Source of the DNA: Longimicrobiales bacterium
Lineage (GTDB): Bacteria; Gemmatimonadota; Gemmatimonadetes; Longimicrobiales; Gaopeijiaceae
Direction: 5' to 3'
Length of the DNA stretch: 64,000 nucleotides
Assembly (NCBI GenBank): GCA_965202805.1
Contig: OZ241869.1
Span: forward strand, 896,001 to 960,000
Part shown: piece by piece, positions 27,604 through 37,272 of the stretch
How positions within the stretch are numbered: the stretch's first letter is position 1
Layout of the letters: each line of letters opens with the position of its first letter
Position numbers and translations under genes: made by a program
The notes under the pieces: model-generated
What the model saw: only the letters and a program-made list of their open reading frames with translations
What the model was told of the DNA's origin: nothing
Database searches by the model: none

Positions 27604-28937
27604 CGTCCGTCGGAGCCTCCATCCGCCTTGAAGCGCATCCGGAGCGGAGAGCCCGCCATCGGCCAGCGGCCCCGGAACCCGTTCTCAAGATAACGCGCGT
27701 AGGCCGGTTGAATCTCTCTCGGCAGATTGCTGAAGAGGACGAAGGCCGGCGGGGCGACGCCCACCTGGGTGCCGTAGCGAACCTTGACGGCCCGCCCGCG
27801 AGAGTGCGCCGGTGGATGGCGCGCCACCAGCCGTCCCAGCTCCCGGTTCAAATCGGGGGTCGGGATGCGGCGCTCCCGTTCCGCCTGGACCCGGAGCACA
27901 AGATCCAGGGTCCGGCGCACCCGCTGGCCGGTGAGCGCGGAGGTGAAGACGAAGGGCACCCAGCGCAGGAACGGGATGCGCGCGCGCGCGTCTCTTTCGA
28001 TTCCGGGCGCCGTGGAGCCGTTCCTCTCGACCAGATCCCACTTGTTGACCACCAGGATGACCCCGCAGCCCGACTCCCACGCCGTCTCGGCGACCTTCAC
28101 ATCCTGCATGTGGATGCCCGAGGAGGCGTCCGTCAGCACCAGACAGACATCCGCCTCCCGAATCACCCGGGTCGCGCGCAGCCACGCGTAGTACTCGATG
28201 GAGTCGTGAATGCGTGCCTGGCGGCGCAGCCCGGCGGTGTCCACGAAGACCAGATTGCGGCCGTGGTAGCGCATCGTCGAATCCACGGGGTCGCGGGTGG
28301 TGCCGGCCACCTCGCTGACCACCATGCGTTCCTCGCCGAAGAGCCGGTTGACGAAGCTGGACTTGCCCACGTTGGGCTTGCCGATCACCGCCACCCGCAC
28401 CGTGTCCGGCTCGGCCGGGAGGGTTTCGGGGTCGGGGAACGCCTCCAGCACCACGTCCAGCAGGTCGCCGCTTCCCTTCCCCGAGATCGCGCTCACCGGG
28501 ACCGGCTCGCCCAGGCCGAGTCCCCAGAACTCGTGGTGGGATGTCTCGCGCGGCAGGTTGTCCACCTTGTTCGCCACCAGCAGAACCGGGCGCTCGCTGC
28601 GCCGCAGCACCGCGCCGAGCTTCTCGTCCAGCGGATGGATGCCGTCTCTGGCGTCCACCACGAAGAGGATCAGGTCTGCTTCCTTTACGGCCGCCAGCGC
28701 CTGGGTGCGCACCGCCCGGTCGAGCGGACGGTCGCTGTCCTCCACGACTCCCCCGGTGTCGACCAGGAAGAAGTCCCGGCCCGCCCAGTCGGCACGGGCG
28801 AAGTGCCGGTCCCGGGTCACGCCCGGGGTGTCGTCCACGATCGCCTTGCGCCGCCCCAGGACCCGATTGAACAGCGTGGACTTGCCCACGTTGGGACGGC
28901 CGACCACCGCGACCACCGGGAGCCGGGTGCCGGTCAT
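27600..28937 (-). CDS. der: Ribosome biogenesis GTPase Der
   Basis: Two G domains (GRPNVGKST; GKPNVGKSS) plus KH-like C-terminus. Confidence 0.97.
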   Translation of the reverse strand: MTGTRLPVVAVVGRPNVGKSTLFNRVLGRRKAIVDDTPGVTRDRHFARADWAGRDFFLVDTGGVVEDSDRPLDRAVRTQALAAVKEADLILFVVDARDGIHPLDEKLGAVLRRSERPVLLVANKVDNLPRETSHHEFWGLGLGEPVPVSAISGKGSGDLLDVVLEAFPDPETLPAEPDTVRVAVIGKPNVGKSSFVNRLFGEERMVVSEVAGTTRDPVDSTMRYHGRNLVFVDTAGLRRQARIHDSIEYYAWLRATRVIREADVCLVLTDASSGIHMQDVKVAETAWESGCGVILVVNKWDLVERNGSTAPGIERDARARIPFLRWVPFVFTSALTGQRVRRTLDLVLRVQAERERRIPTPDLNRELGRLVARHPPAHSRGRAVKVRYGTQVGVAPPAFVLFSNLPREIQPAYARYLENGFRGRWPMAGSPLRMRFKADGGSDGR

Positions 28938-30205
28938 GTCTCCGCAAGCGCGCGGGTGATCTCGTGACCGGCGACGACCCTCGCCGGCGCCAGTTCGCGC
29001 TCCAGCCGCGCCAGGGGGTAGTCGTCGACGAACACTTCATCGGCGTTCAGAGCTTCCGCCGGAAGCAGGACGATGTCCTCCCGCCTCCCCTCCCCCAGCG
29101 CCGCGCGCATGTCCTGTCCCGCGAGCAGGCCCGCAACCGTAACCCCTTCTCCAAAGTAGCGGTTGGTCACGGCCAGCACCTCGACCTCCGCCCGCGTGGC
29201 GGCGGCGAGCTTCGCCGCGCGGGCTTCGATCCAGGGCGCCATCGAGCGGCCCGTCACCACCCGGATGCGGTCACCGGAGAGATCGGGGAGCGTGTCCATC
29301 CCCGCGTCCAGGTCGTCGAGGAAGCGGCGCACCGCGCCCACCCCGTTTTCCATGAGCGACAGGTCGTCGTAGTAGGAGACGCCCGGCACCTCCGTCCCCG
29401 CGATCAGGAACATCTCGTCGGCGGCGTAGGCCCAGCGGGTCTCCCGCTCCCCGGGCGCGCGCTCGCGCGCCTGGCCGACCTGTTCGATCGCGGAGGCGGC
29501 TTCGGCCGCGGTGAGACGCCGCACCGGCCGGTTCTCGTTGTACCTGGTGAGCCCCACCGGAACCACCGAGAGAGATCGCACCCGCGGCCCCAGCGACCAG
29601 AGGTCGTCGATGGTCCGGTCGAGGTGCGCGCCGTCGTTCCATTCCGGGCACAGCACCACCTGGGTATGTACTTCCAGCCCCCCCTCGAGCAGGAACGCAA
29701 GCTGCTCCATGATGAGCCCCGCGCGCCGGTTGACCAGCAGGCGTTCGCGAACCGCCGGTTCGGTGGCGTGCACGCTTACGTACAGCGGCGAGATGCGCTG
29801 GTCCACAAGCCGCTGGAGGCCCCGCGGCCCCAGGTTGGTCAGCGTGACGTAGCTGCCGTAGGTGAAGGAGAGCCGGAAATCGTCATCCCGCAGCCACAGG
29901 CTGCGCCGCGCGTCCTTCGGGTTGCCGTCGATGAAGCAGAAGACGCACTTGTTGGCGCATTCGCGGATCTTGTCGGGCTCCGGGACCAGCCCGATCGGTG
30001 TGCCCGGATCCCGTTCGATCTCGTACACGAAGTGTTCGCCCGCGGGCGAGACGGCCTCGACGGCCAGTTCCGGATCTCCGAGGAGGAAGGCGAAGTCGAT
30101 GCCGTCGCGCACTCGCTGCCCGTTGATGCGCACGATGCGGGTGCCGATCTCGAGCCGGAGCTCGTCCGCGATGCTCCCGCTCTCCACCCCCGCGATCCGA
30201 ACCAT
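28934..30205 (-). CDS. DUF512 radical-SAM-like Fe-S protein with N-terminal PDZ
   Basis: CANKCVFC, DDDFRLSF.YG.YVTLTN, ENGVG. Confidence 0.9.
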   Translation of the reverse strand: MVRIAGVESGSIADELRLEIGTRIVRINGQRVRDGIDFAFLLGDPELAVEAVSPAGEHFVYEIERDPGTPIGLVPEPDKIRECANKCVFCFIDGNPKDARRSLWLRDDDFRLSFTYGSYVTLTNLGPRGLQRLVDQRISPLYVSVHATEPAVRERLLVNRRAGLIMEQLAFLLEGGLEVHTQVVLCPEWNDGAHLDRTIDDLWSLGPRVRSLSVVPVGLTRYNENRPVRRLTAAEAASAIEQVGQARERAPGERETRWAYAADEMFLIAGTEVPGVSYYDDLSLMENGVGAVRRFLDDLDAGMDTLPDLSGDRIRVVTGRSMAPWIEARAAKLAAATRAEVEVLAVTNRYFGEGVTVAGLLAGQDMRAALGEGRREDIVLLPAEALNADEVFVDDYPLARLERELAPARVVAGHEITRALAET

Positions 30206-30389
30206 GGTGCTGTCCCCCGGCGCCTCCGCAGTCGCTCAGCGACCGCCCGGCGCCCCCTCCATCGCGGGGCCCTTCAGCTGCACCCCGATCACTTCAACCG
30301 GCTCCGGGTTGGTTCTCATGATGTCGTCTGACGGCGCGGGCAGGCACCCGCACCAGCGAGGCTGGGGCGACGAATTCGCCTGGAAAGGA

Positions 30390-30462
30390 AGCGGGCGACC
30401 GGGCTCGAACCGGCGACCCTCAGCTTGGGAAGCTGATGCTCTACCAACTGAGCTACGCCCGC
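30390..30462 (-). tRNA. tRNA-Gly(CCC)
   Basis: GCGGGCGTAGCTCAGTTGGTAGAGC...TCAGC-TT-CCC-AA-GCTGA...GGTTCGAGCCC; CCA not directly encoded. Confidence 0.95.
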
Positions 30463-30529
30463 AAGCGGACCTGCGTGCGGGAAGCGGCCCGGGCGACGCG
30501 GTCCACGCCGCCCGGAGCTCCCGCGGGTC

Positions 30530-31948
30530 CTACGATATGACCTCGAATCTGTAGGCGACCACATCCTGGTCGGTTTCCAGCTCGACCTCGAACACCTCCC
30601 GCATATCCGCGGCCGGAACCGGCACCGAGACGTCCTGGGTTCCGATTTCGAGCCCGTCCACGCCGAAGAAGAAAACACGGATGTCGACCGAGCCGCCTTC
30701 ATCCAGCGAGTGGTTGACGAGTTCGCCCCTCACGATCCCGCCACCCCCGCCGAACGGCTGCAGGATGGTGCCGTCGATCTCGAACTCGAGGTTGCTCATG
30801 TCCTCTTCCAGCACCCGCGCCGCTTCCGCCGTGTCTCCCTGGGCCATCAGTCCCTGGGCCAGCAGCCGGTAGACGTTGTTGTTGTACGGGTCCATCTCCG
30901 CCAGCGATACCGCGGCCGGATAGAGCTCGTCCAGCTCTCCCGAGAGGTAGAGAGCCTGGGCGTAGTTGTACAGCGCGTCCCTGCTCTCGGGAATGAGTTC
31001 GTACGACCGGCCGAAGGCCTGCGCCGCCATCGAATAGTTCTCGGCGTTGTAGAGCCCGATGCCGGTCACATAGTAGTCGCGCGCATCCAGGTCGGTGCGC
31101 GCCAGAAGCGCCTGGTAGATCTCGGCTGCTTCGTCGTTGCGGTCCATGGCCATCAGGACCACGGCCAGGTTGCTCAGCGCGGTGACGTTGTCCGGGCTTC
31201 GCTCCAGGTAGGTGCGGTAGGCCACCTCGGCTTCCTCGTTGCGGCCGGCGTTCGCCAGAATCTGGGCCAGGTTGAAGGCCGCGATCTCCTCGTTCTCCGA
31301 CCATGTCGCCTGGACGTCTTCAGGCTGCGTGTCGAATTCGGGGCCTCGCAGCAGCTCGAGCGCGGTCCGGTACCACTCCACCGCATCGCCATCGTTCCCG
31401 AGCTGCGCATGAAGCGAGCCCAGATTGAGCATCGCCTCCGGGCGCCCCTTGTAAATCGTGTGCGCGGACTCCAGCTGGGGGATCGCCCCTTCCATGTCGC
31501 CCGACTGGATCTGGTTCACCGCCAGGTTGTACTGGTTCACCCACTGCTGCTCACGCAGAGGATTCAGGTCGAACGAGTAGAGCGGGTAGATGTCCTCGGC
31601 CCTGGTCCACATGGAGTCGGCCCCGACGAGGTCGTTCAGCCCCACGAAGGCCTCTCCGGCCTGGCGGTACGACTGGGCGTTGCCGGGGTCGTTGGTGATG
31701 CCGTCCAGGGCCGCCTGCAGCGCTTCCTGGTACCGCGACTGACGTTCCCCGGGGTCGGCGTTCTGCATGGCCTGCGACAACGCCAGTGCGGCGGTGCGCG
31801 TAAACATGTTGTCGCGCGGCGGGACTCCCTCTTCCATGCCCGGCGGCATGGGAGTGTCGCCTCCGCCCCCACCACCTGAACCGGCGGCGCAACCGCCCGC
31901 CACGATCACCAAACTCGCCGCCAGCACGACACCAGCCTGGAACCTCAT
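30530..31948 (-). CDS. TPR-repeat lipoprotein
   Basis: Lipobox-like AGGC, many TPR motifs, C-terminal beta domain; GAGGAGG RBS. Confidence 0.8.
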   Translation of the reverse strand: MRFQAGVVLAASLVIVAGGCAAGSGGGGGGDTPMPPGMEEGVPPRDNMFTRTAALALSQAMQNADPGERQSRYQEALQAALDGITNDPGNAQSYRQAGEAFVGLNDLVGADSMWTRAEDIYPLYSFDLNPLREQQWVNQYNLAVNQIQSGDMEGAIPQLESAHTIYKGRPEAMLNLGSLHAQLGNDGDAVEWYRTALELLRGPEFDTQPEDVQATWSENEEIAAFNLAQILANAGRNEEAEVAYRTYLERSPDNVTALSNLAVVLMAMDRNDEAAEIYQALLARTDLDARDYYVTGIGLYNAENYSMAAQAFGRSYELIPESRDALYNYAQALYLSGELDELYPAAVSLAEMDPYNNNVYRLLAQGLMAQGDTAEAARVLEEDMSNLEFEIDGTILQPFGGGGGIVRGELVNHSLDEGGSVDIRVFFFGVDGLEIGTQDVSVPVPAADMREVFEVELETDQDVVAYRFEVIS

Positions 31949-32038
31949 CCGGCTTCCTCCTCTCGATTGATGCGCGCCCGAGCCGACGCTTTGCGCGCGA
32001 TGTCCGAGTACTCGAAAAACGTACTCGTAGAACCTGAC

Positions 32039-32067
32039 AGTATCACATGAAGGGGGACGCTCGTCAA
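32039..32067 (-). promoter_or_regulatory. Putative sigma-70 promoter upstream of TPR lipoprotein and tRNA-Gly
   Basis: Minus strand TTGACG-N17-GATACT with extended -10 TG. Confidence 0.65.
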
Positions 32068-32121
32068 ACCCGGAGGCGGACCCCGCCAACGGCCAGGGAC
32101 AGGCCGGCCGGCGGAGTGGTT

Positions 32122-33576
32122 TCAGTCCTGCGCCAACCCGTCCGGAAGCGCCGCGGAGATGCGCTCGAGCGTTTCATCGCGCCCGTAGACGCCCAGCACC
32201 TGTCCCAGGTCCGGGCCGCTCTCCCTTCCGGTAACCGCCTTTCGGACCGGGTGGAACAGCGCGGGGCCGCGGGCGCCCGCCTCCCTGCCCGCAACGCGGA
32301 TCGCCCGGCCGATGGCGGGGGCCTCCCAGTCGGGCAGGGCGGCAAGCCCATCGGCCACCGCGCGCAACACCGTGCTCGCGCCCGCGTCGCCCCGGAGAGC
32401 CGCCTGGATGCGGTCCAGCTCCGGCCCGCGGGACACCAGGAACAGCGGGAGATGGTCGTTGATCTCGGCAAAGGTGGTCATGCGCCCGCGAATCACGTCA
32501 ACGGCCCGGGAGAGATCGTAGCGGCCTGCGGGCACGCGTCCCGGATCGACGAACGGCTCGACCGCGCGCGCCAGCTCCGTGAGCGGCATGCGGGCGATGT
32601 GCCTCCCCGACATCCAGCGCAGCTTGTCCGGGTCGTACACGGTGTTGCTGGTGCCGATGCGCTCGAGTCCCACCTCACGAACCAGTTCAGCGGGAGTGAG
32701 GATCTCTTCCCCGCCCCGCGCGGACCATCCCAGCAGCGAGAGGTAGTTCACGACCGCGGAAGCCGGAAACCCCGCCTCCCGCAACAGAGCCAGCGAGGAC
32801 GCGCCCTCGCGCTTTGACAGCTTGCGGCGGTCCATGCCCAGCACCATCGGGAGGTGGGCGAAGATCGGCCGCGGGGCACCCAGGGCGTCGAAGAGCACCG
32901 CCTGTTTGGGCGTATTGGAAAGGTGGCCCACCCCGCGGATGACGTGCGTGATGCGCATGGCGATGTCGTCCACGACGACCGCGAAGTTGTAGGTCGGGCG
33001 CCCGTCCGCGCGCACGATCACGAAATCGCCGAACTCGTCCGGCGGAAAGGAGACCGTTCCGTAGACCTCGTCGCGCACCACGATCTCGCCGGGCGGGACG
33101 CGAAAGCGCGTCACCGGCCTCCGCCCCTCGCGCTCTCGCCGGACCCGTTCGTCCCGGGTCAGGGTCCGGCAGGTCCGGGGATAGCGGACGCCGGGCTCGG
33201 CCGCTCCTTCGGGATCGCAGTAGCAGCGGTAGGCCAAGCCCGCCTCCACGAGTCGCCGGGCGGCTGCGTCGTATTCTGGTTTGCGTTCGCTCTGCCGGTA
33301 CGGGCCATGCTCTCCGCCGATTTCCGGGCCTTCGTCCCATGGGGTTCCGAGCCAGCGCAGATCTTCGAGGATCGTATCGAGCGAACCCTCCACGTTGCGC
33401 TCGATGTCGGTGTCCTCGACGCGCAGGATGAAGGTCCCCTGGTGGTGGCGCGCGAACGCCCAGTTGAAGATTGCCACGCGCGCGTTTCCCGCGTGCAGGC
33501 GGCCCGTGGGACTGGGGGCGAAGCGGGTGCGAACGGTCATTCCGGACTGGTCCTCTGTTGGCTTGGACAAGGTCAT
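32122..33576 (-). CDS. gltX: Glutamate--tRNA ligase
   Basis: RTRFAPSPTG, HAGN (HIGH variant), LRVEDTD, KLSKR. Start 33576 (ATGA overlap with uvrC) or 33540. Confidence 0.95.
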   Translation of the reverse strand: MTLSKPTEDQSGMTVRTRFAPSPTGRLHAGNARVAIFNWAFARHHQGTFILRVEDTDIERNVEGSLDTILEDLRWLGTPWDEGPEIGGEHGPYRQSERKPEYDAAARRLVEAGLAYRCYCDPEGAAEPGVRYPRTCRTLTRDERVRREREGRRPVTRFRVPPGEIVVRDEVYGTVSFPPDEFGDFVIVRADGRPTYNFAVVVDDIAMRITHVIRGVGHLSNTPKQAVLFDALGAPRPIFAHLPMVLGMDRRKLSKREGASSLALLREAGFPASAVVNYLSLLGWSARGGEEILTPAELVREVGLERIGTSNTVYDPDKLRWMSGRHIARMPLTELARAVEPFVDPGRVPAGRYDLSRAVDVIRGRMTTFAEINDHLPLFLVSRGPELDRIQAALRGDAGASTVLRAVADGLAALPDWEAPAIGRAIRVAGREAGARGPALFHPVRKAVTGRESGPDLGQVLGVYGRDETLERISAALPDGLAQD

Positions 33577-35399
33577 TTGCCCAGGTAGGTCTGCACCCGC
33601 GTGGCGAGCACGTCGCTGAAGCCGGGCAACCGCGCGATCTCGGCTCGGCTGGCGGAACGCACGCCGCGCACCGACCCGAAGCGGGCCAGCAGCGCCTGCC
33701 GCCGCTTGTCGCCGATGCCCGGGATCCGGTCGAGTTCGCTCGTGAGCGTGCGCTTTCGCCTGAGCGTACGTGTATACGATACCGCGAAGCGGTGGGCCTC
33801 GTCGCGCATGCGCTGCAGGAGATGGAGGGCGCGGTCCGCACGCCCCATGCGCACCGGCCGGCGCCTGCCGGGCAGGAACACTTCCTCCTCCCGCTTCGCG
33901 AGCGACGCCACTGCCGTCTCGCGCAGCCCCGCCGAGCCGAGGGCCTGGAGCGCGGCGGAGAGCTGGCCCTTGCCGCCATCCACCAGCACGAGATCCGGGA
34001 CCGGGGTCTCTTCCTTCACAAGCCGTTGCGCATAACGCGAGACGGCTTCGCCCATCGAGCGGAAGTCGTCGTTGCCCCAACCGCCCCGGATGCGCATGCG
34101 CCGATACCCCGCCTTCCGCGGTTCGCCGTTGCGGAAGACCACGACGCTCGCCACGACCTCCGCTCCCTGGGTGTGAGAAACGTCGAAGCACGCCATCATC
34201 CGCGGAACCACCTTGAGCCCGAGCCGCTTCTGAAGATCGTAGAGCACCTCGTCGGCGCGGTCGGCGGCATACTCGAGCGCGGTGACGCGGTCCTCCATGG
34301 TGTGGCGCGCGTTGGCGCCGGCCAGCTCGATGAGCCGCACCTTGTCGCCCCGCTGAGGCCGGTGGAACACGACCTTGCGTCCGGCTGCGCGGCTGAGAAT
34401 CCCCTCGAGCAGGGCGCGATCCTCGAACTCGGCGGGGATGAGCACCTCCCTGGGGAGTTCGGCCTGCCCCTCCCGTCCCGAGCCGAGGTAGAACCGGGAA
34501 GCCACGGCGCTTAGGAGCGCGCCATCGTCTTCGTCGGACAGCCCCGAGAGCCGCCGGGTCTGGCGGCCCAGCAGGAGCCCGCCCCGGATGCGCAGGATCA
34601 CTGCGGTGCCGAGTTCACCGTCCCGGGCCAGCCCGATCACGTCCTGGTCGCCACCTCCCAGGCGAAAGGCACGCTGGTGGCGGCTCAGCGCATCCAGCCC
34701 CTGAAGCACGTTCCGGTGTTTCGCCGCGGCCTCGAAGTCCAGCGCCTCGGCGGCACGCAGCATGCGCGCCTCCACCCGTGTTCGCACGGCCTCGGTATCG
34801 CCCCCCAGCACGCGCAGTATCTCGTCGATCATCCCGCGGTAGGCCTGCGGGCTCTGCAGGCCCACGCAAGGCGCCTGGCAACGCCCGATGTGGTAGTCCA
34901 GACACGGACGCGCCGGAGCTTCCTTGGGAAGCCGATACCGGCACGAGCGTACGGTGTAGAGCCGCTTCACGACTTCGAGCGACTGGCGCATCAGCCCCAC
35001 GGAAGTATAGGGCCCGAAGTAGCGCGATCCGTCCTGGCGCAGCCGCCGGGTCACGAAGACGCGCGGAAAAGGCTCGGCCACGGTGACCTTGATGTGCGGA
35101 TAGCTCTTGTCGTCGCGCAGCTGAATGTTGAAGCGCGGGCGGTATTCCTTGATGAGGTTCGCCTCCAGGATGAGCGCCTCGGCGCCCGAACCCACCACGA
35201 TGGTCTCCACGGCCGCGGTGCGGCGGGCCAGCTCGCGTGTTCTGAGCGACCGGGCGCGGTCGGGCCGAAAATAGCTGCGCACGCGCGTACGCAGGGAGTT
35301 GGCCTTGCCGATGTAGAGCATCTCCCCGTCGCCATCCTTCAGCATGTACACCCCCGGGAGGACCGGGAGGTGGTCAAGATCCCGGGGTGCGATCGTCAT
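33573..35399 (-). CDS. uvrC: Excinuclease ABC subunit C
   Basis: PGVY...YIGKA (GIY-YIG), DGGKGQL, RDEAHRFA, C-terminal HhH. Confidence 0.96.
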   Translation of the reverse strand: MTIAPRDLDHLPVLPGVYMLKDGDGEMLYIGKANSLRTRVRSYFRPDRARSLRTRELARRTAAVETIVVGSGAEALILEANLIKEYRPRFNIQLRDDKSYPHIKVTVAEPFPRVFVTRRLRQDGSRYFGPYTSVGLMRQSLEVVKRLYTVRSCRYRLPKEAPARPCLDYHIGRCQAPCVGLQSPQAYRGMIDEILRVLGGDTEAVRTRVEARMLRAAEALDFEAAAKHRNVLQGLDALSRHQRAFRLGGGDQDVIGLARDGELGTAVILRIRGGLLLGRQTRRLSGLSDEDDGALLSAVASRFYLGSGREGQAELPREVLIPAEFEDRALLEGILSRAAGRKVVFHRPQRGDKVRLIELAGANARHTMEDRVTALEYAADRADEVLYDLQKRLGLKVVPRMMACFDVSHTQGAEVVASVVVFRNGEPRKAGYRRMRIRGGWGNDDFRSMGEAVSRYAQRLVKEETPVPDLVLVDGGKGQLSAALQALGSAGLRETAVASLAKREEEVFLPGRRRPVRMGRADRALHLLQRMRDEAHRFAVSYTRTLRRKRTLTSELDRIPGIGDKRRQALLARFGSVRGVRSASRAEIARLPGFSDVLATRVQTYLGK

Positions 35400-36964
35400 C
35401 CGCCCCCTCCCAGACGAAGCCCGAGCAGGTGGGTGGACGCAAGATACGCGCCCCCGAAAGGAAGGAGCGTGCCCGCAGCCGCGAGAACGGGATGGAGGTC
35501 TCCGAAGAGCAGCTCTCCCCCATACCCGGCGGCGACTGCGAGCAGCCCCGCCGCGAGCAGACGGGGCAGCCGCCCGCGCGCCATTCCGTGCGGTCCCAGC
35601 GCGCGCCGGAGCTTTCTGCGCAGCAGCCCGTACTCCAGCCACGCTGCGAGCGAAGTGCCCAGACCGAGCCCCACCGCGCCAAGGCGCAGGGGGCCCACCT
35701 CGAAGGCGTCGAGCGGAAACATGAGCGCTCCCCCGACCAGCAGCGATACCGCTACGCGGAGTCCGGCCACCCGGGCCGGCGCGCGCGTGTCGCGCACAGC
35801 GAAAAACGCCGAGGAGAGCATGCGCGAGCTGGCCGAGGCGAACATTCCGGCGCTGTAGGCGGCCAGCACGGCATAGGTGGCCATGGTGTCCACCCGGCCG
35901 AACTCGCCGCGCTGGTAGATCGCCGCCGTGATGACGTCTCCGAAGAGCAGGCAGGCCAACGCGGACGGAATCACGAAGTACGCCACCCGCTCCAGGGCAT
36001 CGGACACCTGTGCGGCCAGCACCTCCCGCGCCTGCTCGCGCTGACGGGAGAGTTCCGGCAGCTCGGCGGCCGCTACCGCAAGACCGAAGAGAGAGATGGG
36101 CAGAAGGTACAGTGCCTGCGCGTAGCCCATGATCGCGACGGCCCCCGCGGTGAGGAAACTGGCCAGCTGGAGCTCCACCAGCGCGCTCAGATTGACCACC
36201 CCCCGCGCCGACACGACCGGAACGAAGTTGCGGATCGCCTCGCGGACGCCGGGCACTTCCAGATCGAGGGAGGGCCGGAAGTGTCGAAGCCTTCCCGCGA
36301 GAAACGGAAGCTGAACGCCGAACTGCAGTGCACCTCCGGCAAGGGCGCCCCACCCCAGCGCCACGATCAGATCGTCCCCTTCGAAGGCCAGGATCCAGCC
36401 GAGCGCGACCATCGTGGCGATCATGGCCGCGTTCCAGAGCACGGGAGCCACGTAGGACACGAAGAACCGTCGATGGCTGTTCAGGATGCCGAGCGCCCAG
36501 GCGGAGAGCACCAGCACACCGGTCATGGGAAAGAGGATCCGCACCAGCCGTACCGTGAGTTCCCGGGTCTGTCCGTCGAAGCCCGGCGCGAACACCGTGA
36601 CCACCAGCGGCGCCAGAGCAGCTCCGAGCAGGGCGAGCAGCCCCGCCACCGCGGTCAGAATCCCGAAGGCCGCCCCGGCGAATCGTCCCGCGCGCTCGAG
36701 TTCCCCGCGCTCCAGCATCTCCGCGTAGATGGGGACGAAGGATGCGCTCAGCGTGCCCTCGCCGAGCAGGTTCTGCAGCACGTTGGGAATGCGGAGCGCC
36801 GCCCTCCATGCCTCCGCGAAGACGCTGTTGCCGAAGAAGAAGGCGAACAGGACATCGCGGCCGAGCCCGGCCACCCGGCTCGCCAGGATGCCCGCCGCCA
36901 CCCAGGCTGCGGAGCGGCGTCCGTCTCTCCCGGCTGACTTTCCCGACTCAGCGTTCCTGGTCAC
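35396..36964 (-). CDS. murJ: Lipid II flippase MurJ
   Basis: SRVAGLGRD, RIPNVLQNLLGEG, QRGEF. GTG start approximate. Confidence 0.93.
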   Translation of the reverse strand: MTRNAESGKSAGRDGRRSAAWVAAGILASRVAGLGRDVLFAFFFGNSVFAEAWRAALRIPNVLQNLLGEGTLSASFVPIYAEMLERGELERAGRFAGAAFGILTAVAGLLALLGAALAPLVVTVFAPGFDGQTRELTVRLVRILFPMTGVLVLSAWALGILNSHRRFFVSYVAPVLWNAAMIATMVALGWILAFEGDDLIVALGWGALAGGALQFGVQLPFLAGRLRHFRPSLDLEVPGVREAIRNFVPVVSARGVVNLSALVELQLASFLTAGAVAIMGYAQALYLLPISLFGLAVAAAELPELSRQREQAREVLAAQVSDALERVAYFVIPSALACLLFGDVITAAIYQRGEFGRVDTMATYAVLAAYSAGMFASASSRMLSSAFFAVRDTRAPARVAGLRVAVSLLVGGALMFPLDAFEVGPLRLGAVGLGLGTSLAAWLEYGLLRRKLRRALGPHGMARGRLPRLLAAGLLAVAAGYGGELLFGDLHPVLAAAGTLLPFGGAYLASTHLLGLRLGGGG

Positions 36965-37223
36965 CGGAGGGAAGATCCCTGTCCGGAGTTCGCTCGGTGA
37001 GAAGCCGGTGGAGGAACCTGCTCTCCTCCGACAGCCTGTCGACCTCCGAACTGAGCCGCTCGGTCTCGCTCTCCAGGAGGGCCATGCGCTCGTCGGCAAT
37101 GCGGTCCCCGTCCCCGAGCCCGCGGCGTTCCAGACGCGTCGCGAGCGCCTTGCCGACCTGGGAGTCCAGTACGATGGAGAGGATCGGGATCAGCAGGACG
37201 AGAACGACTAACCAGAGCAACAT
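36948..37223 (-). CDS. Small membrane protein (N-terminal TM plus coiled coil)
   Basis: Hydrophobic N-terminus; heptads ending LSEESRFLHRLL; similar architecture to 16644-16934. Confidence 0.7.
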   Translation of the reverse strand: MLLWLVVLVLLIPILSIVLDSQVGKALATRLERRGLGDGDRIADERMALLESETERLSSEVDRLSEESRFLHRLLTERTPDRDLPSGDQER

Positions 37224-37272
37224 GGTCCGAAACTAGGTTTGGGGAAGCGCGCCTGACAACGATTCGCCGCCT

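Noticed and set aside
33573..36809. 1078-aa UvrC and 689-aa GltX extensions
   Set aside because: They overlap murJ and uvrC in other frames; ATGA-coupled starts give normal sizes.
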